DNA of 64,000 bases from the human T2T-CHM13v2.0 reference genome, Homo sapiens, in assembly GCF_009914755.1 (NCBI RefSeq), contig NC_060930.1; one strand, 5' to 3'. This document shows, piece by piece, positions 27,303 to 40,266 of this stretch (positions are counted from its first letter, which is position 1; each line of letters starts with the position of its first letter). The position numbers were made by a program, and so were the translations under genes. The notes under the pieces were generated by a model. That model did no database searches. It was not told the DNA's origin and saw only the letters and a program-made list of their open reading frames with translations.

Positions 27303-27744
27303 ATATGCAATAACATATCTCCCTGGTTCTAGTTCAGGTAAAAATGAAATGCTTATGAGTTGGTTCTGGATTGTATTTCTGCCGCCAGTGAGGCAGGGTA
27401 GAGGTTGGCCTCTGGCTATCTTGGCTGAGCATTTTAATGCTGTTCACTTTTCCTTGAGTGGAGCTGATAGATGGCTTGTTCATTCTTGCAAGTGAAATGT
27501 TAAATCAATTAAGACATACCCCAGATAAGCTGAGTTTAAAATAAGAAACTTTACTTTTGCCTTGATTTTCCAGAAAATTGCTTTTTGTTCTATTTTGGAT
27601 TGCATGTCCATCAATATTTCTCTTGTAAATTCATGGAGATACATAGGTAGATGAGCAATAATCTCTTTCTCTGTCTCTCTCAATAAAACAAGCTATAGAT
27701 TTCATTAGGATAAAGTATGTTTCTATAGATTAGGATGCCCTTAT

Positions 27745-27771
27745 CCATCACCACCACCACCACCACCACCA
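27745..27771. repeat. (CAC)n microsatellite
   Basis: ccatcaccaccaccaccaccaccacca. Confidence 0.9.
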
Positions 27772-28949
27772 TCTCTTAGAGAGCTTCCCAACCTACAGAA
27801 GAGACAAAGTATATGTAGGTATATTATCCATACTTTAGAATTTCATAATCCACATTCAGTATATCAAATTGCATAGAAGTTATGCCTCAGACTTAACCAT
27901 GTGAAGTACTCTGCTGTTTTTTGGTGTTCTGATCTCATTTTAGTTTGGTTTCCTTTGAATGGAAAATTTGAACCTGATTTTGATATTGGAGCAGGATGTG
28001 CTGCTATTTGTTTCTCTGTGTGAACAGGGAGGGGAAAAGAAACACGTGAACATTTTTAAATGGCAAAGCCAGAGATGGGAAGGGAGGCAATATTGAACGT
28101 GTGCTAGGATAAGGCTTTCATATAAAAAGTGTTCAGATATTAAGATATGTGAAATATTTGGGGCCCTTCATTAGATAGCTATTTCAATCAGTGATGCTTT
28201 TAAGTTCCAAATTGTCTGGTAATTATGTAAAGATGCTCCAGTGAAACACCATTTTTGGCTTAGGGAAATATTTATATACTTACCAGATAGTAAGTATATA
28301 ATTATGAATATGATAGTAAGTATATGAATTTTGAAAATATGCAATGTTATTACATAGCTACCATATAAAATACAATATATGAGGGCAGATTTACATATCC
28401 CATGTAGAAATGTGGGTATTTATATATAGGAAAAGGAAAATAAACAAGCATTACTGAAGTATTTATGAGTTTATGGCATTTAACTCATCTCAAACATTTA
28501 TGCAGTGTTTTTTCTATACTAATTTAATGTTTATATATGAATGCATAAAAATAAATAACATGGAAAAATTAAGTTGTAATGGAATTTTTATTTTCATTTT
28601 TCCTTAGCCTTCATGCATTTTGATTTTTAAACAATGTTCTGACTGTCATCAAATCAGCCAAGTTGAAAATTGAGCTGCATCAATGGAGACAGCCGGTCTT
28701 GATAATTCAAACCAAAAAGACCTTTTCTCGAGGGATATATTCTCCCTGGTTTATTTGGTCTGAGTTGTTTCTCATAGCTCTAATTTATTCTTTTGTATAC
28801 ACTGCATGAAGACAATGTCTATAGAGATTTAAAGCCTTAAAAAAACTGGGTATTTAATGTCATGGACACATCCCAAAAAGTGGAATTCACATGAGAGCAG
28901 GTGGTTATGGGGTGTGTGTGTGTTACCCAGATTTTTAAGACATTTGTCT

Positions 28950-29700
28950 TTCAATCGACATGCATTTATTAGGTACCTGCTGTCTCCCCAGGGCTGGGCT
29001 TAAAAGTCATGTGTTGCAGTGCAAACAAAGTATAATGTAAAATGTGCATCCTTCTCATAAGAAGTTTACAGATTTGGGCTAGACAAAGAGAACTTTAAAA
29101 AAAAAAGTTTACAAACTACGCTTATATGAACAATGTACTTCCAGTGTATAATAAAGTGCCAGATGGTGTGGCATGGTGACTAGACAATAGGAATACGTAT
29201 TAAAATATGTATGTGTGCAATAAGGAAGTAAAGGCCGTTTAATAGGGAAGAAATGATGGCCTGGAGTCATCAGGAATAGGTCCTTGGAAGAGATGAAGGT
29301 TGGGCTTGCCCTTGGAGGGTGCGTAGCGATGGAAGGGCATCCCAGAGAAAGAGAAGATGTGGAATGATGATGAGAGGGGTGCGCATCATGCATATGGGGG
29401 CCAGTTGGGAGACAGCCTGTGCTAGCGTCATTCTGTGAGTGGCGAGAATAAAATGAATTCAGTAGGTTGTGGTCAGATAATAAAAACAGTGACAGCCAAA
29501 CAGCTAATTTTACATTTGGTGTTTTGGCTATAGGAATCTCTGTTAGGTACCTGAGCCAGGAAGTACTGTTATGAAAGCACTGTTTTCATGGGTTGGAGGA
29601 GGGGAGCAGGGAGACTTCTAGAAGGCGGTTAGAACAGTCCAGGCACCCTGTGATGAGGACAAAGACTTCTAACAGCTGGAAAGGCAAGAAAGTGACTCTG
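28950..29700 (-). mobile_element. L2, long diverged fragment
   Basis: Starts 'gcatttattaggtacctgctgt', continues 'ttggaagagatgaagg...gcccttggagg...gggagac...gtccagg'. Confidence 0.7.
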
Positions 29701-30054
29701 CAAATGACTGTCCAAAAATATTGGTCATCAAGTTTTTATGATCATCTTAATATAAATAACTGGCAAAGATTTCATTTCAAGCCAATTTTCCTGTAAATTT
29801 AGATTTTGGATAACAGTCTTAAGTAGCTAGTTGTGTGCAGTGGGAAAAACAAGATCAAAGTAGAAGCAAGAAACTGAAGTTTAAAAATATTTGTGATCCA
29901 GAGTGATTCAGGGATCAGTACGATTTAAACTACACAAATGCAAAGTAGGAACGAAAGATTCTTAAATGTGGATAGAGTCTCCAGTACAAGGAATGCAACA
30001 ACCCCTTCCCCCTGAAAATAGCATAGAGACCATCTAGTGTGTATACCCTGGAAA

Positions 30055-30230
30055 CACTTCCTGGCTATGTGGGTTACCGGCTTTGTGGTCTTGAGATGGT
30101 CAGTTTCTGCATCTGTAAAACAGAAAGAATAACTGTGTGTGCCATTTAGGGTTGCTGTAAAAGCTAAATGAGGTAATATATATAGTGTGCTTGTCATTTA
30201 GCAAGTGCTCAATAAAGTGTAACTAATAAA
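30055..30230 (+). mobile_element. MIR
   Basis: 'tcagtttctgcatctgtaaaa...agggttgctgtaaaagctaaatgaggtaatatatata...gcaagtgctcaataaa'. Confidence 0.8.
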
Positions 30231-33200
30231 GATAAATCCTTTTGGACTCAACTTTTTTAAGAGAAAGAAGGAAATACTAACAAATAAAACTCATATGAGT
30301 AGTCCGAATCCGTTTTTTAAAAATGAACCATCTTATGATATACAGCTTTCGGTCATATGGATTTAGCTTATTCTTTACACTTTGCACATGTATAGGACTC
30401 TAGACAGAAAACTGGTATTTATCCAATTATAATCCTAAATATTTTCAAGATCTTCATCAAAAAAAACATTTTATTTAATTTGCTGGGTTTATAAAGGTAG
30501 AACATTGGATTAACATAAGATGATTTTTGAGAAAAAAAAAAAAAGGTTGCTAGCTCCCAAATTAAATTTCTTAAAATCCTACATTTCTTAATTTTTCTAA
30601 TTACCTGACCATTTAAAATCCTGACTTTCTTTTGGAAGTGAACACAACCACCTACTTTTTGGGGTCATCTTTTTTGTTCATATGCTGATAAGTTTCAGAA
30701 TATATCAATTAGGCACTTATTATTGATTTGATAAATCAGTTTTCCTTTGTTCTGGCTTAGATGTCTGGAATACATTTGGGACTTGTTTCAGTTGTAAACA
30801 TGAACAAACAAAGAAACAAAAATCCACAAGAATGTGGGCAAAATGTCGTTTAGTCAAAACTCAAGTGCATCTCCCCTTGATTAGAGCTCCTCTTTGAAAT
30901 AGCTGGGTTGCCCATACACAGATTATCAAGGTCATGTTCAAAATTAAAATGAGCTGTGGGACAATAAGCTGCCTATTATGGTAAGAAAACATGCAAACAG
31001 AAATTGAGACCTAATGTCTTTCCTCTGTCCTGGCTTTTTTCTTTCTGAGCCTAATATACCTATTTTGTCTAATTTAGTTTTAGCTTTAGTTATGCTTTCT
31101 AAAATTACAATGTGTGTGAGGATTGGAATTTTTGTCTTCCAACAGGAATTAGGGTCTATGTAAAATGCCTTTCCTCCTACGGGAATGGGAAGAGCCACAT
31201 ACCTCCTTACGTGCCGCGCCTGGTCAAGGCTGCAGTGTGGAGCCTCTCACAGGGCCCATGATGTGAATGTGCTTCCAGGATGTAGTGGCCCTGCAGCCTT
31301 GCTGCTAGGAGACTGGTTCTCACTTCATTCGAGTGGTAGCCCCTGCAAACAATGACAATACAAGGATTACTTTTTAGATGATGAAACTAACCATGCAAAG
31401 TTATGTTTAGATTTTGAAGTGCAGGTTAAAAAATATATATGTGGTTGAATCTACTGTTAAAAAAAAAAAAGACCAAAATTCATGGGTTTGCATTTTAAGT
31501 TTTCTATTGCAAGAAAGAAATGACAGGACTGTTAAGGACACTGATGGTTGGAGCTGAAGCCTGAGGATAAAGGCCTTGGAATCAGTTCTCCTTCAGTGTC
31601 AGCTGCCATAATCATCAGCTCTTTGGTGTATCCTGGCCAAGATATTAGTTTCCATAAATTAGAGAACTTTATGCAAGTGCCACATACCATCATGTTTACC
31701 ACAGAATCCACATCATCAATGCCATCTATCTAGTCAGCAAGCTTTTATTGGGTGCCTACTATGTGCAGGGCACAAAATCATTTTGGATGGGCATGAAATG
31801 AACTCGATTTTTACAGATTTCTACCCCTCATTTTTACAAGATCATTATATACTTTATATTATTAAATTATTTAAAGTTATATTGTTAAATTATATAATGT
31901 GTATAAAATAATCTTAATAAAGCCTTTGAATAGACACTCAAGAAATATTGGCTGTATGAATGAATGAACAAACCATACCGGTGTGGCTCTCTATTGGCAA
32001 TTTTCCCCAATCGGCTCAGACTCCAAGGTCTCTCCTATGTCTAGGGAGTTGTCAGGAATGTCTGGAATGCGGCAGCATTGGCTCAGTTGAGTTCCTCTCT
32101 GACATTATTTCTGAGTTGCGGAGTTTCTTGGGCAGAATGAATAGAAGCAGAAGCTGTGGCAGCCACCTATGGGCTCTGACAGCTCTCTGTGGCCCCGTCC
32201 CTAAACTATGGCACATCTTGTCCTCTTCCTGTACCCCAATAGCCCAGGTTTGTTTCCCATATGAGAGTAGGGCCTGGAAAGAATTTTCTCCAATTTGCTC
32301 TCAACTCCGCATATTCATGTGTATGTTTGAATTTAGCTACTAGAGAAGGTATCAAATATTGTAGCAAGACATTAGGTTTAAAAATAAGTGTTTGTCATCT
32401 TTCTGAAACTATTTAGATTAAATTTTAAATGCAAGAAACACTTTCGAAATTACTTTGGAAACATGACTCCATTCCTAAATTTAAGTGTCACATTTGCCCT
32501 GGCTGGTCCAGCAGGGCAGGCCAGTGCCTCCAGAGCCTCTCCGCCTTCTGTCTCTTCCTCTCTCTGTGTGTGATTTCCACACAGAATGTCACTGGGTCTA
32601 ATACAGTTTTCTCTGGAACCCCCATTCCGCTAAATTGACCACATAGAATAATCATACTTCTTTTTGAAATGGAACTATGCAAAGTCTTGAATTTTATTAC
32701 AGAATTTAATACCAATAATTACTTAAAATTTAATGAATTTCACTACTGACTTAATTGCTTTTGAGTAGTTCCACTTAATTTATTAAAGAGAAGCAAAGAC
32801 ATATTCATTTAATGAGCAGCAGAAGTCTTGCCCTCACCTCTGCCTACATTCTCTTTTCAATTAATCAATTATAGTCCAGTGGTGTGTAATTGCACATTAA
32901 GAAAGTTATTGGATAGCTCAGCATGCCTGTCCCAGGAGGCTCATGAATACACTACTATAACACACCTGTAATGACCTGTGCTCAGATCTGCAAATTATAC
33001 TCATTGCTCTCTCTCCTTCTCTTTTTTTCCTAAATTAAGATGAGAGCAATTTCCATTAACTTTTTGAGTCACATCTAGTCCACATGATATAGAGAAAGGG
33101 TAAAAGAAAGACTGAAACAGAAGTAAAAATGGAAGAAAAAGATTTGATCTGCAATTATAAGTAATCTGCCTTTTGAAATTAGCTTCCTGAGACTCAGTCC

Positions 33201-36200
33201 TGATTGGAGAACTGTTAAAGTGTTTCAGAGGAGCAGGGGTTGTCTATCCGAGCAGTGTCTCCTGAATCATACTGAATACTTGAGAAAATCAGACCAGCTT
33301 TATTTGAACTCAAATAGTGACTTGCTTCTCAGCTTCCTTCAATCTCCTGATGAGAGAAATAGGAAAACAGGAAAACCTTTTGAAATCACATTCAGGCAAA
33401 TTTGCTTGGCTTGTTTCAAATCAAACCAAAGTCTGGAACTGATCCCCATGCAGGAGCGCTAAGCCTCTGCATAGCAACTAAGCCGCGTTAAAAAAAAAAA
33501 AAAAAAAAGGAAAGGGAAAGGAAAGGAAGAAGGAGGAGAATCCACTAAAAAGGCAACACAAAGAGCAAATTTTACTTCATTAATGGCCTAAAGGCTCAGG
33601 TTATGTGAAGGGGTCTATTCCAGTTATGTCCTGATTTATGCTAAACCAGTAAAACCCAACAAGAACCTCTTAATCCAAATTACATAGTCAGAGACATTCT
33701 AAATGCCTAAACCAACCAAGTGATTTTAAGCAAAATAAGCTTTTGATGTCTGCACAACTCAAAACTCAAGAAGCAATCTGTTGACATTTTCAGCAAATGC
33801 TAGCTTAGTCTGAGACAGAGGCAGCAGTGGGCTTCTTCACAATATTCTTCTGGGTAAAGTGATTCTTCTCCCCTTGCCTCCCCCGTCCCCCACAAAAAAA
33901 AAAAACCCTGCTTCCATTATCTGTTTACTGAGGTACTGACAAGGGCAGATCTACTGTGATTAATGGCTGTCCATCAGAATAGAAAGAAGGATACATTGAT
34001 ACTCAGCTAGCAGATGCTCATGAACATGCAAATGAATGTGGTAAGCCTTCCTGGTCAGGAAGGATTTGCTTTGTTGATGTTTTAAACTCTGCAGCCAATT
34101 TTGGGCATTTTGTGTGCTGTTTTCCCTGCTACGGCCACTGGCCATGGACACTCCGCTGACACTTGGGCAAAGCCTGCCTCCCAGTGTGCCTTCTGGGGAT
34201 GCCCTGAATGGAGAATGGGTGTCAGTGGCAGAGGCACCCCGTGTACTTTCAAGGTGTGTCCTTTCCTGGCACTCCTGGCCTGTCAGGACAAATGTCTCTG
34301 CCCAAGGGGCTGTCTTCCTGTGTGGGCTACGTTTGTGGCATCTCATGGGCCTCCATGGGGTTGAACTGTAAATAGTGGCCGCCACATAAAACATGCCATC
34401 TGTACCCCTGTGGGTAGCAGGATGGAACACAAAAAAGATTTATTCCAGGAATATGAACTGATGTTTACAGACATGCCAGGACTGACTTTTAAAACACAGT
34501 GGAAAACTGTCTCAAAAGCAGCTTAAGTACGATGTAATGGAAGCCCCCCAAAAAGTACTTTGGGGGCATGAAGGAAGCCTCTATGCTCAGAGAGATGTAC
34601 TAAGCTAGCATATCCATGGCAGGCCCCTTTTCCCTGAGATGTGAGATACCATGAGGTCTCATCATAAGTTTCTGAGAAAGCAGGGCTAGACTCAGAGGGT
34701 GCCTGTGGCTCTCATGCTTTGGGGACCTAGAGTTCCCCAAATCCCCAGCCCCTGCAATAATGTTCAGAAAACGAAGGGGAAGGAAATAACTTTGGATTGA
34801 ACAATTGGATCTCCATGGGAAAGTTTTCTTATTTCCTGGCTGGGACTCAGGGCTGTACTGGGGGGCATCCTTTGTTGGTGGCATTATACTCACAGGCAGA
34901 CATGGGCACCTTGGCTATCATGTGATGACCATATGTCCCAAGATTTGCACACCCTTTTCTGTTTCACCTATTTTGTCTGTTTTCATAAATCAATGGTCTT
35001 CAAATGAGTTCAGGTGGCCCAGCATTTGGAAATGTGCCAGTCTTTTGAGAATGCTGTGAATTATTGACATATTTAATTCCCATTGTGTGAACTGAGAGTA
35101 ATTTTTGCCATCTTTAATACAGTTATCAAATAAAAGTCATAAACAAGAGCCAACAGGTTCACAAATATATAATCAAGCTGTCTAAGCAGTATGGACTGTT
35201 TCTGGTATCCTATTAGTATTCCTTTGCCACTTGCTTGTTGGTTTTGTCATCTGTGAATGCTTGTTAGTGGATACAGCAGCCTCGGTCTGTGAGATAAATC
35301 CTTGCCTAGTGAATTTGGGTAATTCTTGTTTATGCATGCTGTGGTTATTGTCTTGTGATATAATTTCGTTTCACTGCTCGTCCTGTTCTAGAGACCTGGC
35401 CACTCCTTTTATGAAGAGTGGCTCCTGCCCCCACCCCCTAATCCCCCTACACCCTCTATCCCACCTCTACCCCTACCCCACCTCTACCCACATCCCATCC
35501 CCACAGCCCTGCTCCTTGTTACCCATCTCCCCTCCCCACCTCCTTCTCTTTGGAAGCTAAGAAGGTGAGGTCAGGGGACAGGCGGGCTCTCTGAACCTTC
35601 ACTGCAATATGCCTGTGAGGGCGCCCCCAGTGACGTGGCATAATAACACCCTTCAAGTTGGCCCTGAAGCGGGGTGAGGTTTCCGGACCCAGACCTGCAA
35701 ATTGTGTCAGCACCTTGGAGCCTCCGAATCTCTCAGCAGGCAGTGGCATGTGTGCGTCTTCATGGGTGCGTGCATGTACATGCAGCAAGTTTCGCTGAAG
35801 ATTCAAGTTAGTGAAGGGCATTTATGTCACAGCACTGTGAAAAATTTAAAATTAAATATGACATTTCAGTTCATAAAAATTCTTTGGCCCATCTGGCCCC
35901 TGGAATTTCTCCCTGGCCTCACTTCCCTTCAGGTCCCAGTCACCTGTCAGTCTGCTCAGAGCCCTCTTCCTCCTCCCCCCTCCACTCTGCATGTTCATCC
36001 CCCATGCTCAAATTTCCCACAAGTTCTGATGCTGAACAGATTAGCCATCAACCAGACAGTCTTTGTGCTTCCTGTATTCTCTGGATACATTTCGCCTTTG
36101 TTCTCATATATTATATACATACTACAATATCTGTTTTTCAAAGTCCCAGTGGGAATAGAGCAAGTCAAAGGAGGGCTGACACTTGTACCAGAATATTAAA

Positions 36201-36678
36201 GACCAGGCAACCCCATCTCCAGGCCCCCATGGGGCTAGCAAACTGAAGTGGGGAACCCAAGAGGTGCTGGGGTTCAGGGGCCTCGGCTTCTTAACTGCCC
36301 TTATCCTAACAAGAGATTATGGCTTCTAATTAAAGGAAGGAAAATATGTAGGCGAAAAACAAATTTGCTAAATCAGTGCATTAACATTTCTTTCCAGTGG
36401 TCTGGGAGAAAAGAGATTTGAGTGCAGTAGCAGCTTCAGCTGATCCAGTTTACCAACAGTGTGTCCTTAGAAGCTGAGTTTGGGACCCACTGTCTCTGCT
36501 GTCTTAGAATGTCCCAGGAAGCATGAATCTTCAGCATTCTGATGTGACTCCCAGACTGCCTCTGGCTCCAGGAACAAAACCCAAACCTTTCCTCAGACCC
36601 TGTGCCCTGGTTCAAAATTCACGAAATACAGCTCTCATGGCTGTGGCCCGTTCTTTCATGTCCAAGTTGTCTGTAGCC

Positions 36679-36842
36679 TCTCACTGCTCAAAATGTGGCC
36701 CACCCACCGGCAGCGGGGACATTGCCTGGGCCCCTGTTAAGCATGGAGAATCCCAGGTCCCACCCAGACCTCCTGAATCTCAGCTGCATTTTAATGAGAT
36801 CGCTATAGCATTCTTGTGCACACTAAAGTTGGAGACGCTATA
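36679..36842 (+). mobile_element. MER5A1
   Basis: 'ctcaaaatgtggccc...cccacccagacctcctgaatctcagctgcattttaatgagatc...tgcacactaaagttggaga'. Confidence 0.8.
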
Positions 36843-36955
36843 GGCTAGGGGGTGATGATTTTTAGCCTCTAAATTTAGGACAGCTTCAGTGAACTCCTTA
36901 TCAATATAGGACACATACCCACTACACATTCACACACCCCCAAACTCTTTCATAG

Positions 36956-37321
<366 letters not shown>

Positions 37322-39599
37322 TGACAGAATGTCTTGCTGGAATCACAAAAAGTAACAGGTTGGGGTGGGTGGCAGTGGGGGTGCAGCAGGGATGCAGCAT
37401 TCAAGGGAATGCAGCTCCCCAGGAAGTTCAGCCCCCTTCTTCACTGCTTCTAGATATTTGATGTCTGAGCTTTAGGGCTCCAGCTGTGGGGGAAAAGGCG
37501 AGGCAGCTAATAGCTATCTAAATCCCAAACTGCCTTTGTGTGCTTGGAATTTGGGCTCTATTGTTTAATCCCCGGAAGGAAAAGAGGGGGTTCCTACACT
37601 GAAGGTCTGGGTGGGGGATAGGGCGGCAGCGCCCTCACTGGGATCCCCTCTTCCTCCTACTTTGCTTTCTGCCTACAGGAGCAGGAGAGGCTGGACTTGA
37701 CTGGCCTCCCTCTGCTCAGGCAGATGAATGTGTGTTGTGAGGAGAGGTAGCCAGGGGCAATCCCAGCCTGCACCCCATGACTTCAAAGGAACTGCCTATA
37801 GTGATGTCCAACGTGGAGCTTATCACCACCCCCATCCCTTGAACAGGTGAGGGAGCTTTGTGCCTGGTAGACTCCTTGGCCTTGGGTTTCGCCTGTTGTT
37901 GGGAGAGAATCTGTCCTGAGAAAGGGGACTGGGAAGAAGGTGTGTGTGGCAAAGCACTGGGGCTGGTGAGCATTTGACCTTAAGTCCAGTCCCAGGGACG
38001 TGCTCTGGGTGATGTTATTGATATGGCTCACATACATTTTCCAGGACACCTGGTTTTAAATGTTCCGCCTGTTGTCACACTATAAATCATGGAGAGGACT
38101 TGGGGCTCCAGCTACACATCCCAGTCTGCCTTACATACCCCACCCACAGCAGAACAAACATTGGTCAGATAATGTGTCCTGATTCTTTTCAGGCAATTGG
38201 TGACAATTTGTTGCACAACAGGAAGTGGACAGTAACTTAAAGGATCATGTCTGTAGCCACCTGGAATTTCTGGGACAGGCCCAACATGAAATATTCTGGT
38301 CTGTTATCATTCAGCTCCCAAGGAACACTGGTGCGCCTCCAGCTGGCCCCTCGTGCTTTGCTGCTGATGTCAAACGCTGGCATTGTTGCAGAAAAAAATT
38401 AAGTTAATGAATATAATTTTTTTCCATTTAAGAGTTTCTCTCCTACTTTTTCTTACGCATTTGGCACCTGGTACCTATTGTAGCAAGCATATGCTAGCAC
38501 TTATCAAACTGAATAAGCAATAGGAAAAAATGAGCACTGCTGAACTCAGAAAGAGCTGATCATGTGTAGTTCAGCAGCCTTTTGTGTGCATGTGAGGAGT
38601 ATGTGGCTTGAGGTTGGGTTTTCTTGATTATGCACATGCAATATAATCAGTATAATTATATTTTGGGGGTATAACATTGTTTTCAGTTCAAATATAGAAC
38701 TAACCATATCAGCATTTCATGGGGTTCCATAGAGAGCTTTGCCCCTTACCAGGTATGAGACACACTGTGTCAATCCAGAATCTTAATGGCTGCTGGAGCT
38801 ATGGGCCTCTTTACGGGGCCAGCTCTAGAGAGAGGTGAGTTGGTTTGTAGCCATGAATGTGCTGTGATTTGAGGGGCTACTCAAGTGGAAAGGATGGGCT
38901 ACCCACTCACACAAAATTCCACTATTAGAGGTTACTTTCTTTGGGTTGTGAATGCCATCTAAGGTAAGAGCCTTATGATGACTGACACTTTGAGTTTCAT
39001 TTGCCTAGGACTAGGGTCCTGAAGGAAGGATAGATAACCAACGAGGAGACAGAGATGAAGAAGGTGGGACAAACATCTTACATCTTATACACCATGGTTT
39101 TGTTCAGAACTGGGCTTGTCTCTCCTTTGACCACCTGGTAGGGCAAAATGCTGCCAGTGATTTGGTTGGAATTTGTGTGGTGTTGTTTCCCCTCACCTCT
39201 GAGTTTCCTCGTTGGTGATGTATGGACTGGGGCATGATGAATGAGATGAAAAAAATGGGGGGCTAGATATATACTTTATGTGGAGGTGCAAGGTCCCGGT
39301 CCTTTCTTGGGAAGGATTCTCTTTTCTTTCTGAGATGATGTCTTTTATAGTTGCGTGGTATTAGAATGTCTTTTTTCTTTTCCTTAAAAAAAATGAAATG
39401 AATTACTATTTTTGAGATTTCAAAAATAAGGCAGAAATAATTTAGAGGACTGACATAGGATGGTAAGTTTAAAAGCTATTTTTTAGCTTTTGCTGATTAT
39501 GGAATCTAAAGCCGGGTAAGTGCTGCATGCTGCACTGTGCCCAGTGACCTGGCTGTAGAAATCGACATCTCTTTTAAAATGAAAGTTTCAATTATGTTT

Positions 39600-39850
39600 C
39601 CAAGTATTCTCCATCTTATACTACGTGCAAGGTCCTCACGAGATGAGTTAAGAGACAGATACTGCCCTCAAGGGCAGATATGACAGGAACTCAAGAGACA
39701 ACAGAAATTATAGTGACCTGTGCTTTGAGCAAGGGAAAAAGTATCGAAGAGGGGTCCCAAGGAGGAACAGATCACATCCTGTTGGGGAGAGGGAATCCAG
39801 TGAGTTTGTTCGATTTGGCATCAGAAAGCCCCTTAGCCTGACACAGAAAC
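39600..39850 (-). mobile_element. L2 fragment
   Basis: 'ctacgtgcaagg...agacagatactgccctcaaggg'. Confidence 0.5.
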
Positions 39851-40010
39851 AAGAGACTTTTGATCTATTCTTTAATACCACTCCCCCGCCCCAAACCACC
39901 ACTACCAAAGAAAAATCTAGGGAGTGTCATCAAATATGTCCCCAGCTATTCACACCCTAATTTGATACTTTCAGTAAATGAAAATGAGGCCAGACTGTTG
40001 TCACTTAGAT

Positions 40011-40266
40011 CCATGATCTCAGCAGGCTTTTGATCACACACCTCATCAGTTAAAATAATTTTTTGAGCACATGCCCACACTGTGTACTTATTTGTAAATT
40101 GTATAGATGTACTATTGTTGTAGTATCTTTATATAATTATAAATTCTCACACAAATGGAAATGATTAACAGTAACTGTAAATAGGCATTCTAATATTTTC
40201 TTCCCTTACTTCAGTGAATGATCTTTGCACCCCCTGGGGTACCCCACCCCAGCTTGAAGACCACCA
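40011..40266. mobile_element. MER112 (hAT-Charlie)
   Basis: 'ttttgatcacacacctcatcagtt...tttgagcacatg...tttgcaccccctggggt...gaagaccac' follows MER112. Confidence 0.8.

Noticed and set aside
34543-34567. Quasi-palindrome gccccccaaaaagtactttgggggc
   Set aside because: Short, bulged and homopolymer-based; plausible by chance.
33960-36246. Long ORFs 33960-34430 (-), 35702-36199 (+), 35824-36246 (+)
   Set aside because: No recognisable domain, overlapping frames, non-ATG starts in some, and no supporting exon structure.
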